From Carcharhinus amblyrhynchos (lineage: Eukaryota): 64,000 bases of DNA. Both the position numbers and the translations under genes were made by a program. The stretch covers positions 77,004,001-77,068,000 of the forward strand of contig OZ336874.1 in assembly GCA_965287045.1 (NCBI GenBank), in the 5' to 3' direction. The notes beneath the pieces are model-generated. The model searched no databases. It worked only from the letters and a program-made list of their open reading frames with translations, and was not told the DNA's origin. Shown here piece after piece: positions 1-10,621 of the stretch (position 1 is the first letter of the stretch; every line of letters begins with the position of its first letter).

Positions 1-1150
1 ACCTCATTTGCATCCCATTAATGGTGTGCAGATGAAAGCCTCAGATTGTTCCTGACGATTAGTCATCTTTTTCAGCTGATCCATCTTCATCTTTCTTCAA
101 TAGTGTGGGTCAGTAATGTTGGGCGCCTTTTCAATATGTAGTTATGCAGACTACACGCCATTCGGAGCTTCCTGCCACTGAATATAGCTTAAACACCTGG
201 GTGCATAATTAACCAGGCTGGGGTTGGAAGATTTGCTGTGTTTTCTTGCTGGCTGCCATAACGCGAAACACTCCACATTCCTGCTCCTGCCATGGCACCA
301 AGCCTCAAATTAGGAGAATTCCACCCCTTGTATCGGGTACAAACCTGCTGCCGTATGGGTTTCACGTAGATAGGAGAACACAACTGAGCATTGTCGATAT
401 TCAGTTGCCTCAATTCTTTGGGCATCTCTTTAGTTGGCCACGTGTGCTGTCCTGAACTCCCTCCCATCCAAAAAGTCTCACTCCGCTTCAAGGGATTTCA
501 CTGCATGATCAAGGTCAGATTTCAAAAATGGTGTATATGTTATCTTCTTGACTGGTCCATCACCTAACCTTCCCTGCCACCCATCAACTGCTGTCCCCCC
601 ACCCCCATCATCTTAGACCTACCCAATATCATTTTCCTCTTCCTTCTGTCACTCTTGAACCCCTCACACCCACTCATTACCCAGAACTCTTAGTTGGATC
701 TACCACCAATGTCCTGAGTTGACCCCACCACTTGCACTGCCCTTTAAGGTACTCTTTCCCTCTTCTCCCCAGGCACTTTTTCACACCACCTTCCCTGTTT
801 AGCCTGCTTATTGTGTCCAGCCTCAAAGGTGGTGGAAGAATTGAAATTTGCCAGGCTCACACCACTTGTATTCAGAGGTGGAAACAGAGATTCTAAATTC
901 TTGCTGGTGGGAAACTTAAATTAGAGGGTGAACTTAATTCTGGCGCGTTGTCCTTTTAACAAGCGAGTGCGAGATACTGAAGCATGCAAATAGAGTTTCC
1001 GACCTTGTTCATTGGGAGGTTTTGACCCGCCATAAGAGTCAGGAAAACAAAATTCAAACAGCTTATCTCAATCGAGAAACAGATTTTTTAAACTGTTGCC
1101 CAGTTAGGTGCCTCCGACTGCCATGACTCCTGCTGCAGCAGAATGGGATG
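1..1150. mobile_element. Long non-autonomous DNA-transposon-like element (left end outside window), same family as 39673-40431
   Basis: 890-1140 aligns by eye with 40170-40420 (CTTAATTCTGG..CCTTTTAA..AGCG..GCATGCAAA..CCTGCT); C-rich interior; no ORF. Confidence 0.5.
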
Positions 1151-2570
1151 GTGCCATCCAATGGAAGTAATGTAGCCAGTTTAGAGGTGAGTGGTCTTTT
1201 GTTTTGCAGTTTCTTTTACATACTGAGTTTTGGAATTAAGTACCTGCTATTTTGTGGGACTAGAAACTTGCCCTCCTGGAGGTTCAGCATCATGTGGAGA
1301 ATTCAAAGGATGAGGCAGCTTCATGTTACTCCACAGTGCTGTCCATGCTGCCTGGTTGTTCTTTGCAGGCATTAAGTATTGGGCTTTGCCCTATTGGGCA
1401 GTTATTCCTTAAAATTTCCAATTTCCTTCACACTAAAACAAAATCACCCTGAACTGTCGAGTCGGTGACCCTATCCTGATAGGGGGCTGGTGACAGGGGA
1501 TTTGTGGGATGGGGGGAAATAGCTCTGTGGTAACTTGAAGATTTTTTCATGTTATGTGAGCCATGCTGCTCAGTAAATTTACTGAGCCAGGATGCTTGTT
1601 AAAATGGTGCCACTTTCAGAATAAAGTATTAAAAATTCAATTGACCCAGCCACTTTAAGACCTGAGAAGCACTCATTTCTGCTGAGTCAGTTCCTTTGTA
1701 AGAGTTAATTGTATCAATGTCCCTTCTTATTTAGTGTGTTTACTATTCCGTAGGTCTGTTTAAGTGCTGGAAAACATTTTGTTCTTTGTCATATTACCCA
1801 TCAGTATCCTGTTTTAAAATTCAATAGATAAACATTCCTACAACGACTAGACCATAACTCTATTGCGGTAAATGCTGTTCCTACATTATTCATGCCTTAT
1901 ATTTTTCTGTTAGATTTCTTTATTTAGTTGAGATAGAAACTGAAATAATACTACGTTCTTAACTCTTTTTTGTAGTAAGAACTCTCAGTTAATGGCTGTT
2001 TTAAATATTGCAGTTTAATGACATCTCCTTCAAGGCTTCATTATCCCTGGATAGTTAAGCAACACAATTGTTTCATCAGACAGTTCTTTTGTATAAAATG
2101 AAGACTTAGAAATTGGACATGGAATGAATCCTCTGCTGGAAAGGTGTTGCCCAAGGCCGTTCTGATATTAGGCCACGGGCATTATTTACATGAGATTGGT
2201 GAGCAATAAACACCTTTTGGGCCCTCCCAGATGGAAGAACATTTCAATTTTGAGACATCCTTTGGTATGTTCTGGAGGATGTGGATGCATTTGAAGTCTG
2301 CAACCTTGCAGTGGACAAGGGAGATGCCCTGCTGCATCTCCTGATTATGTATTCAGTCATCGTTTATTTTAAAAAGATGTACCTTTCTCATCATGGCCTC
2401 CAGTGTTCACTTTAACGACCGCTAGTTAGACCACCTACAGACAATATTTTCTTGAGTGCATCTGCTCAGCATTCAGGATGGCTGCAGTTTATAGAATGGG
2501 CTCCCAAACAGAGGAAGCACTGAAGGATTGCTGGCATCTATGGAATTATCGGCAATTCATTGGTTTTGAC

Positions 2571-2719
2571 AGCAACTTGTTTTTATATAGCATTTTTAAT
2601 GTAGCAACATCCCCCAATTTCTTTCGTGGAAGTGTAAATAAAAAATGACCCTGAGCCAAGAAAGGAAAGTTTTAAGAAACATGATCAAAAGTGGTTGATT
2701 TTACACAGATCTTCATAAG
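2571..2719 (-). mobile_element. L2-clade LINE 3' end, degraded
   Basis: CAACTTGTTTTTATATAGCATTTTTAATGTAG...GAGCCAAGAAAGGA resembles the reverse complement of the shark L2 3' tail also seen at 50520-50665 and near 60680-60740. Confidence 0.55.
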
Positions 2720-3247
2720 GTATTGTGTGCAGTTTTGGTCTCCTTGTCTGAGGAAGGATATTCTTGCTGTTGAGGGTGTCCAGCGAAGGTTCACCAGACT
2801 GATTCCTGGAATGGCAGGACTGACATACGAAGAGAGACTGGATCAATTGGGCTTGTGCTCACTAGAGCTTAGAGAAATGAGAGAGGATCTCATAGAAACA
2901 TATAAAACTCTGGGACTGGACAGGCTAATTGCAGGAAGAATGTTCCTGATGGGGAAGTCCAGACTAGGGCTTACAGTCTAAGATTAAGGGATAAGCTATT
3001 CAGGGCTGAGATGAGGAAGAATTTCTTCGCTTGTAAATATGTGGAATTCTCTATTTTCAAAAGCTTTGGGGCCAGTTTGTTATATATATTCGAAAGGGAG
3101 TTAGAAGTGGCCCTTATAACTAAAGGGATCAAGGGAAATGGAGAGAAAGTGGATGGGGTACTCCAAGCGCATGATCACATTGAATAATGATGCAGGCTTG
3201 AGGGGCTGAATGACCTACTCCTGCACCTATTTTTTACATTTCTATGT
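2720..3247 (+). mobile_element. CR1 (HER1-like) LINE, 5'-truncated: RT C-terminus and 3' UTR
   Basis: ORF 2691-2981 reads YCVQFWSP..RKDILAVEGVQRRFTRLIPGM..YEERL..LGL.SLE..DLIETYK (CR1 ORF2 C-terminus); tail GGGCTGAATGACCTACTCCTGCACCTAT. Confidence 0.92.
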
Positions 3248-3500
3248 AAGATGCATACAGGAACAGGGACCTTGGGTAGGAAGCTGCAGAACGTTGAGCT
3301 TTGCTGGGTGAAGACAGTTACCTAGAATACATGAGGACAGGGAGTCACACATAGTGCTAGTTAACATGGGGTCCACAATTGGAGGTGAAAGTTAACAAAC
3401 TCAACATCCAGTGATTACTGCAGACACCAAGAGCTCTACAAATGTGCGCAGAAATAAATTCATAATCTTAACAAATTCGAAAACATAATATCAAACAAGT

Positions 3501-3782
3501 GGGGCAGTATGGTGGCATAGTGGTTAGCACTGCTAGCTCACAGCGCAAGGGACCAGGGTTCGATTCCTGGTTTGGGTGATTATCTGCGTGGAGTCTGCAC
3601 GTTCTCCGTGTCTGTGTGGGTTTCCTCCTACAGTCCAAAAGATGTGCTGGTTACATGCATTGGCCATGCTAAATTCTCCCTCAGTGTACCCGAACAGGCG
3701 CCGGAGTGTGGCAACTCCAGGGATTTTCACAGTAACTTCATTGCAATGTTAATGTAAACCTACTTGTGTCACTAATGAATAA
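3501..3782 (+). mobile_element. HE1-like tRNA-derived V-SINE, tail type B
   Basis: A box TGGCATAGTGG, B box GGTTCGATTCC, V-domain GTGGAGTCTGCACGTTCTCC..GGGTTTCCTCC, tail CAGTAACTTCATTGCAATGTTAATGTAAACCTACTTGTG..AATAA. Confidence 0.9.
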
Positions 3783-4706
3783 GTACCAATGATAGGACAC
3801 TGACATAGTCACAACCATTCAATGTTTTCGCTATTGGTCAGTTGTTTACAGGGCGGTAATGGCAAAGGTTGGAATATACAATGATTTTATTCTGAAGGAG
3901 GTTGCAGCAATTTGGATTAAATGCAAAAAAAAAGGAGAGCCCTAGAGTTAATGACTTGATAAGTTTAACATGTAGTCATGACTTAAATTAGGGACATTTT
4001 TCTGATTAAATTTGGGAACTGTAGCCCCAGTGTGTCTGTGTAATAATGCAGGGAATAATGCCCACAATGTTCTCTCAATGTTAGCTGCACTTGAAAACAT
4101 GAAAGGTGACAATTTACCTTATTCAGGAGGCAGACGAAACCCACTTTTTGAATAAGCTGCTGGATTTGCTGGTTTCTGGCCTGGCTGACGTTTGATTTGG
4201 AATGCAGCTGGTGAGATGTAAGTGTGGAAAATAGTACTTGGAGCTGACATCACAGTGCTCTCTTGAACCCCCAGTGCAGCAATGTCAAAGTGTTATAATT
4301 CAGCTGTTGACCAGATTCTGCAGATTATGGCCATTAGTTCAGTGCTGTTGTGTGGAAGGAGATTGCGTGCTTTTGTACAAGAAATACTAAAAGAGGATTA
4401 AAGAGAGGACCCTAGGGGTGTCGAGGCTCAATTTACACCATTGCTAAATGCTTACGAGTTGACTCCAAACAGTGGAAGCTGATGTTCCTTGTTTGGAGAA
4501 TCTTTCCAGCTTTTTCTTTATGCCAGAGGCAGCCTTGCCATTCTATAGCCCCATTTTATTAAAAATCTGGGCAACAATTAAAGCATTATTCCACTCTGTG
4601 TAGGACACTTTGTGTGTGCTGTTTTCTACATACAATGTTGGAAATAGGATACCAGAATATGTTGATCAAGCAATGGCCATGTACCATATATGCAAACTGT
4701 CAGCTT

Positions 4707-4950
4707 CTATAGAATCCCTGCAGTGCAGAAGGCGGCCATTTGGCCCATCGTGCCTGCACCAACGACACTCCCACCCCTTTCCTGTAAACCGACGCATTCA
4801 ACATGCCAGTCCCCCTGATGCCAAGGCGCAATTTAGTGTGGCCAAGCAACCTAACCGGCATATCTTTGGAATGTCGGAGGAAACTCATGCAGACATGGGG
4901 AGAATGTGCAAACTCCACACAGACAGTGACCCAAAGCTGGAATTCAACCC
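4707..4950 (-). mobile_element. HE1-like V-SINE, tail type A (CR1/HER1-like tail), head interrupted
   Basis: ATAGAATCCCTGCAGTGCAGAAGGCGGCCATTTGGCCCATCG tail; GGGAGAATGTGCAAACTCCACACAGACAGTGACCCAA V-domain. Confidence 0.88.
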
Positions 4951-5338
4951 TGAATATGAGCTGGAGTTTTCCAGTCAGTCTGGTTCCACTAACAGCACGA
5001 ATGGAGTATTTGGCACTCAACTGAAATGCCATTTACTGCAGCGGAATCGGAAAATCCCAACTGTGGACAAGGTTAGAGAATCTTACCCGTGGAATTGTGA
5101 ACAAGAGCAATGGTTGCCTGATTAGGAAGCCTATAGTACTTTGCTGGTTAACGTCTTCACCAGGTGTGTGCAAGAACGAATTATTCAAACCTGTGGCATG
5201 CGTGCGAATGCATTCGCATTGTTTAAGGCCTGGGGACTGAATTTGCATTGTGTGAATTTAATAAAGTTTGCTTTAGCATCTTTGACTGAAACTACTTTGT
5301 GCTATTTAAGCAAAGGTACTGACCGCTATCCAACCACA
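4951..5338 (+). mobile_element. Probable solo LTR inserted in the SINE B box
   Basis: Starts TG, ends CA, AATAAA near 5260, flanks AACCC/ATCCC (imperfect 5-bp TSD); removing it restores SINE-like GGAATTCAACCCTGGATC. Confidence 0.5.
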
Positions 5339-8099
5339 ATCCCTGGATCTTGATCCGCTCAAAAGGAGGTTCAGAACAAATTACCTCTGCAGCGTGATTG
5401 CTAAACAGAAGTGCTGGCATGTGAAAATCTCAAATGAGAAGCAACAGTTTTCATTGGTGCAATGCTGCTTACTTACGTGAAGATAAAAGAAAAATAATCG
5501 CTGACCCTCCAGGTGTGATCCAGTGCTGCCACTCAACAGGAGCATGGATCACAGAATCGAGGACACCTTGCTATAGGCTAACCTCCCCACCTATGCTCTT
5601 ATCAAACCAGGCTTTCCCACTAAGATTGTGGGATCCAGGAATCAGTTGTTCTGGGCAAGGCAAACTTGGTGACAGCGGGGTCTGCCATGATTGTTCCAGT
5701 GTTGTCTTTGAAGAGATTAAACGTTACGACTTTCGTATTGACTCTTCCTGGATTAAATTCTTCAAATGCATAGAGAAAGATCACCATGGGCCAGGTGTCG
5801 GGTGCCTTGTTGGATTCTGCCAGGCAGGCGGTTTATTGACGTCTAGATGTGGCTGACTGTTTTAATATTGGAAACGCTGTCAGATCAGCAGTTCATCTGA
5901 ATTCAGTTAAAATTTTCTTTCTGTAGATCAATGGGTTCTCTCACAAGAAGCTGCTTAAAATGACCACCTGCACTCACCGCACAAAGCATTGGATTCCCAG
6001 CCCACTGTTTGCTCCCAATAAACATATTGGTTGACAAGGCGTTAATTGTGTCAACTTTTCAATGCTTTTGAGTTGCTATGTGCTGCTGTATGAGAGTTCT
6101 GTGAGAAGAGAAGAACATTTTAAATTGGTATAATTTTCTGGAATTTAAAAAGAAGCGATTTCAAACAACCTTGTCTGGCCAGTTGGATATCCCCTCATTA
6201 AAATGACACAATTGTGCATGTCCAAATCAAACAAGTACTAAATGTCTGACTATAGAAATACATTGGACAAAAATCCTTTCACCCGCTTCCAGCATTAATG
6301 GCTATTACCAATGCAAACAATAAACAAGGCTCCAATAGAAGGATCTGACCAGCCTTTCAAATGAAAACAAGCAACAATCTGTAACGAGTTATAAAAGAGC
6401 AAAGGGCATCCTAAAGAGCCAGCATAGAAACACCTTAATGGAAAGAAAATCCTACCTTGAACTTTTCAGTTGCAGTTCAGTAGGGATCAAGTTAGGGGAA
6501 ACTTAAACACACACATTCCCTTTCTTTGATCAGTCTTCAATTTTGACCATGAAATGGTTCTTCCTGTTAATGTGCATTTCTGGCTTCGCGATTCTCCTGC
6601 TTTTCCCTGTCCATCTGGGATTTATCCATTATTTACCCCACCTAGTTACAGCAGCCAATATACCAAAAGGATGTAATCCTTCCTCTTGGGGTTAAGATTT
6701 AAAGCAGATTGGAAATATTTAATAGGATGAAAGTGACTACAGAAAACCCCAATCACACAATTTCAACTAAGGAAACTCAGAATTGAAGTAAGGAATAGGG
6801 TCAATTTTTTTTTTGCCAAATACAAAACCAAGCAGGGAGTCGGTAAAAGAAGGCGGGTTGGGGGGGAGCGGGGCGGGGGGAAGATGGTCAGTGGACTTGC
6901 GATTTAGCCTCAGCTATGCTTTGTCAAAGAAAATTCTTTGAAACCTTAATAAAGAGTCTTCCAATGCTTTCAAAGAAGTAAGTGAAATTAGTATTAAGAA
7001 ATTTTGTGACATGTCTGGGACTTCATGCACACACAAACCAGCATTGGCAACATTAGTGTCTGGGTGGTATATACATATGGGTGTAGAATTGTATACTTAT
7101 GTAATACATTGATTTAAAATGCCTTTGATGTAGATACTTCAGGTGCTGCTTTACCATCATTAAACATGTTTAAAAGTCTGACTCCCTCCGTGTATGTATA
7201 CTCATTGTTCTCTTCAAATCTTCTTAACAATTTATCCTCCTCTTACCTTTGTGCATGTTCCAATGTTATTTTTCAATCCAGTATTTTTGGACTTTTTCTT
7301 ATTCCTGAAGCTATTGAAAGAGCGAAGTGTTTTGTTTTCCTTGACACACGTATTGTCTGGCGAGAACAGTTGTCTGGCTTTCATTTGCCTTTCTTCTCCT
7401 CGGTGGTTGCCTGCTGATCCTTGGCACCACAGATCCTGCTGCTGTTAGTCTAGTGACTAGAAGCCAATCTATCTCTCAGCAAGTTGTTTATTTTCTGAAT
7501 ACACAGGGAGGAATCCCTGTAAATGAGTAAGTGTTACTTTTCACTTATTTCCCAGCCAGCAGGTGGCCTCAAACAATTTTGCCTTAACTACCTTGGCATC
7601 TGCAATGTGAGCGAAGTCTAATCTATCATCCCTTCCTGTCAGGCCTCCTTGAATATGACTGTGTGCCCCAGTTATTCTGAGACGGGGGTGGTTGGAATAG
7701 AGTTTTAATTACTTAAAAATGGCAAAATAGCCACGTTCCACAGTCTAGGTCATTTGAATGTGCTGCACTCCAGCATGAATTAACACTGCACAAGGATAAG
7801 AAGGGAATGAAATGGGCAAAAGCAATATCTTTGTTGCAGATTGGCATAAAGTTGAACCAACTCTACATTTAACCCTTGAAGTCTAATCTTCTTCAAAGTT
7901 TTCATCTAATTGAGATCCATTTCCTTGGGACTGCATTGTAGCCAAATGTGACTAGATGGGAAACGCACTCCCAAATTCATCGGTATTTACTTGTGAAGTC
8001 TTGTTAGGACTATAATATGATCTGAAACTTGACTAGAAATGACCAAGACAAATCTTTATTATGTGTTGTGGAATGAATGGTTTTGTCTTTCAGAGCAGT

Positions 8100-8350
8100 C
8101 ATAAAGCTGTTGTGGTTGGGTGGCACTGAGTTAGCATGCAGTCCTTGTGACTATGGACTCGACTCCAGCTCAAACTGGATGGTTGAATGTCCCCCACCCC
8201 CTCCCCCTCTTCTCTTTTATAGTTGTCAGATTTACTTGAAATGAGAGTCTTGGCTCCTGAGGCCCAACCCATCACAAAGTGCAGTATTATTCAGAAATAC
8301 TTTGGGAAATGGACAAATGCCAGCAATTATAGATTGGGACACGGTAAAGA
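8100..8350 (+). mobile_element. Very old tRNA-derived SINE relic, LF-SINE-like
   Basis: Degenerate A/B boxes (GGACTCGACTCCAGC), then TGAAATGAG and CATCACAAA blocks reminiscent of LF-SINE. Confidence 0.3.
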
Positions 8351-8426
8351 GCATGTATCGACATGCTGTATTTGGTTGAAGTCATGAGGTCACATTTTAG
8401 CTTCATTTGAAGCAATTTTTAAAAGC

Positions 8427-8612
8427 GGCGCCTCGGTCTTTTGGCTAAGATGCAAATGAGATCAAGCCTTGGAGGAGGAGCAATGCCTGCTCCAATTAGC
8501 TTGGATCATGTAGATCAAGCCCAAGACAGGAGGTGAGAGCCCTGTCTTGTCAGCTTGGATCGGGAATGTTCCAACTTGTTGGGACTCTGAATTGGAATAA
8601 AAACAAAACAAA
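8427..8612 (+). mobile_element. Retroposed U2 snRNA-derived chimeric RNA (candidate snRNA-headed SINE or rearranged U2 retropseudogene)
   Basis: 8432-8451 CTCGGTCTTTTGGCTAAGAT = U2 nt 8-27 (19/20); AGATCAAG 8459-8466 = U2 24-31; two hairpins; AATAAA 8596-8601; A-rich tail; TSD AAAAGC 8421-8426/8613-8618 after TTTTT. Confidence 0.72.
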
Positions 8613-9140
8613 AAAAGCATGGATCAAGATAATGACCCAGTCAGCGCAGGCAGAAATTGTATTCTTCAGCTGGCTTATGTTGCTAACATGGGAATACTTG
8701 ATATCAACAGTTAATGACGAAGTTGGGAAAGGTTTGTTCTTTTTCTTAACACACAGGTCCATAACTGCATTTAGCATAGCAGTTTGTGCAAAAATATGCT
8801 GTAAAAATAATTAAGTGTTCACAACAACTTTTAACTTTTCTTAAACTGAATCTTTGAACCCTCAGCTGTCATTCGGCCAAGGAAAGTGAGTTGTAAGTAT
8901 AATATCAAAAATCTTCATCTGTTGCCATTATCATTACCGAAGAGGAAGGGAGGAGATTTTGACTTCTAGTGCAAACTTTTCAATAATATTTTGATGTTTT
9001 CCTCCCTATTCTTCAGGCCTTCCATCATTCATCAGTTAAGTGAGCAGGGAGGCAACAACATCGTGGGATTTTCATTTCTCTTTAGGAAAAGCACTGTAGT
9101 CTGTTTTCACTTAATACTTCTTCCAAACAATCCAGCTGCT

Positions 9141-9282
9141 GGGGTCGATTTTGACTTTCTGCACTAGTATAAAGCAGGTGATAGTGAGTCAGCAGTCCTG
9201 TTTGGAAATGTCCTGTTTTTTTAAAAAGAATTTTGGTTGCATCGTCTGTTTTGCACTATTGTGCAATGTCAAGCTCCACCCC
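9141..9282. mobile_element. Palindromic MITE
   Basis: Imperfect TIRs GGGGTCGATTTTGAC..TGCACTAGT / ACTATTGTGCA..GTCAAGCTCCACCCC. Confidence 0.55.
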
Positions 9283-10321
9283 ATTAGGATTCTCAGAGCC
9301 ACCCAACCACAATAACTGTAAAGCATGTTGAGAGTTAACGAGCCCAAACCTGCATTTCTTATTCCTTAAGATATGTTGCCATTTCGTCTTTACCTGCAAG
9401 GTCTTCTTGCCTCCTCTTTAAGCTGTTAAAAATTTAGCATTGTTTAAAAAAGTGGCAGTAAAGTTGATTTGAAAAGATGCCAACTAGGTGCTGTGCTAAC
9501 ATCTAAGAAGAATATGGTTTGCAAGTGAGCCACGCTCCTGCCAAAAGACCTTTTTCAGTTTCTCCTGCTAATCTCTAACATCTGTACACTTCTGCACTTC
9601 CAACTAAATTCTAGAGCAGCAAGACAGGTCTTATTTCCACTTAATTCATAGAACGATTCTTGAATAATGGCATCAGATAAATTTCTGAAAGAGTTGGCGC
9701 AGTTGTAAGTGTGAACAGCTCGGATATACTTTGGTAGTGCCCTGAAATGGTGCTGCAAAAATCAGCTGTGAATGCTGGGGCTATGCACCAAGCCTGTGAA
9801 GTCCCAGCTATTGGGAGTGATGCTCACCTGCTGTGGGTTTAAAGTATCAACTATCTCCATCCATTAAAAGAAAACATTGCTGTGTTTATTTAAGAGTTTG
9901 CAATGTAGCTTGCTCTTTTATGGAGATAAATCTGTTTCCTGGTTTTTCTTGGACGTTGACCTGAGGAAAACTGCTCATCTGGTTTGATTCTTGGGGGGGT
10001 GGGGGGGTTGTGGGTGGTGGATGGATAGTAATTTAGGTATTTGAGCTTTGTATAATGAACCCAAGTTTGTCCTGTACGCACGTCAATAACAGGTTAACTT
10101 CACTTTCAGAGGGTGGCTTTGAACGGGACTGCAGCAGGATTTTTAAACCAAAAATGGCAGAGCCATTCAAAAGGCAGCACAGTTTTGATAATACTAACAG
10201 CACAGTGCAGGGAAGCAATTGTACCCACTACTGCTTGTGTATTATTCTTAGCATTAAAACTAATGCCTTTTATTTCCTGTGATGAGAGAACTATAAGGTT
10301 TCTATCGATACAAAGAATGCA

Positions 10322-10621
10322 AGCTCCGTTGATGGTTTAGTGAATCAACACACTGCCTTGTGAGACTAAGCTATCCAGATCATGAAAAGCCCAGATTAGT
10401 TCCCTGGGTTATGGTGAATTAGCTGAACTCTGAAGGAGCAACAGTACAGATGCTACGGATGCCAAGTGAAATCTCCCGACATTTGAATAGTCTGTCGTCA
10501 CCTTTCAGGCTCACACCTGAAGAATATGGCTAGGGTACCATTGAGCTGTCGGAACCCATGGAGCTGTGTCTAAGCAAGAGCAGTTTCAGCAGTGCAAAGG
10601 AGAAGACTTGGAAAAGAGAAA
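10322..10621 (+). mobile_element. Old tRNA-derived SINE (AmnSINE2-like), internally deleted
   Basis: tRNA-like head TGATGGTTTAGTG..CCCAGATTAGTTCCCTGG..TTAGCTGA; 3' part GAATAGTCTG..AGGCTCACACCTGAAGAAT..CAAGAG..GGAGAAGA; head homologous to 22290-22400 on the opposite strand. Confidence 0.5.

Noticed and set aside
3501-3575. tRNA genes suggested by A/B boxes here and in similar heads
   Set aside because: All continue into SINE bodies, with no complete cloverleaf or Pol III terminator.
7503-7530. Possible 20-nt plus-strand micro-exon (ACACAG|GGAGG..ATGA|GTAAGT)
   Set aside because: Splice-like motifs of this quality occur by chance in 64 kb; no reading-frame or neighbour-exon support.
8460-8612. 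Twin-hairpin RNA as an H/ACA snoRNA, SECIS element or functional U2 gene
   Set aside because: No ANANNA hinge, no SECIS quartet/AAR geometry, no branch-pairing sequence or Sm site, and it carries an A-tail and TSD.
9293-9305. TCAGAGCCACCCA, the 3' half of the histone mRNA stem-loop
   Set aside because: The 5' arm GGCTCTTT is absent and there is no histone ORF upstream.
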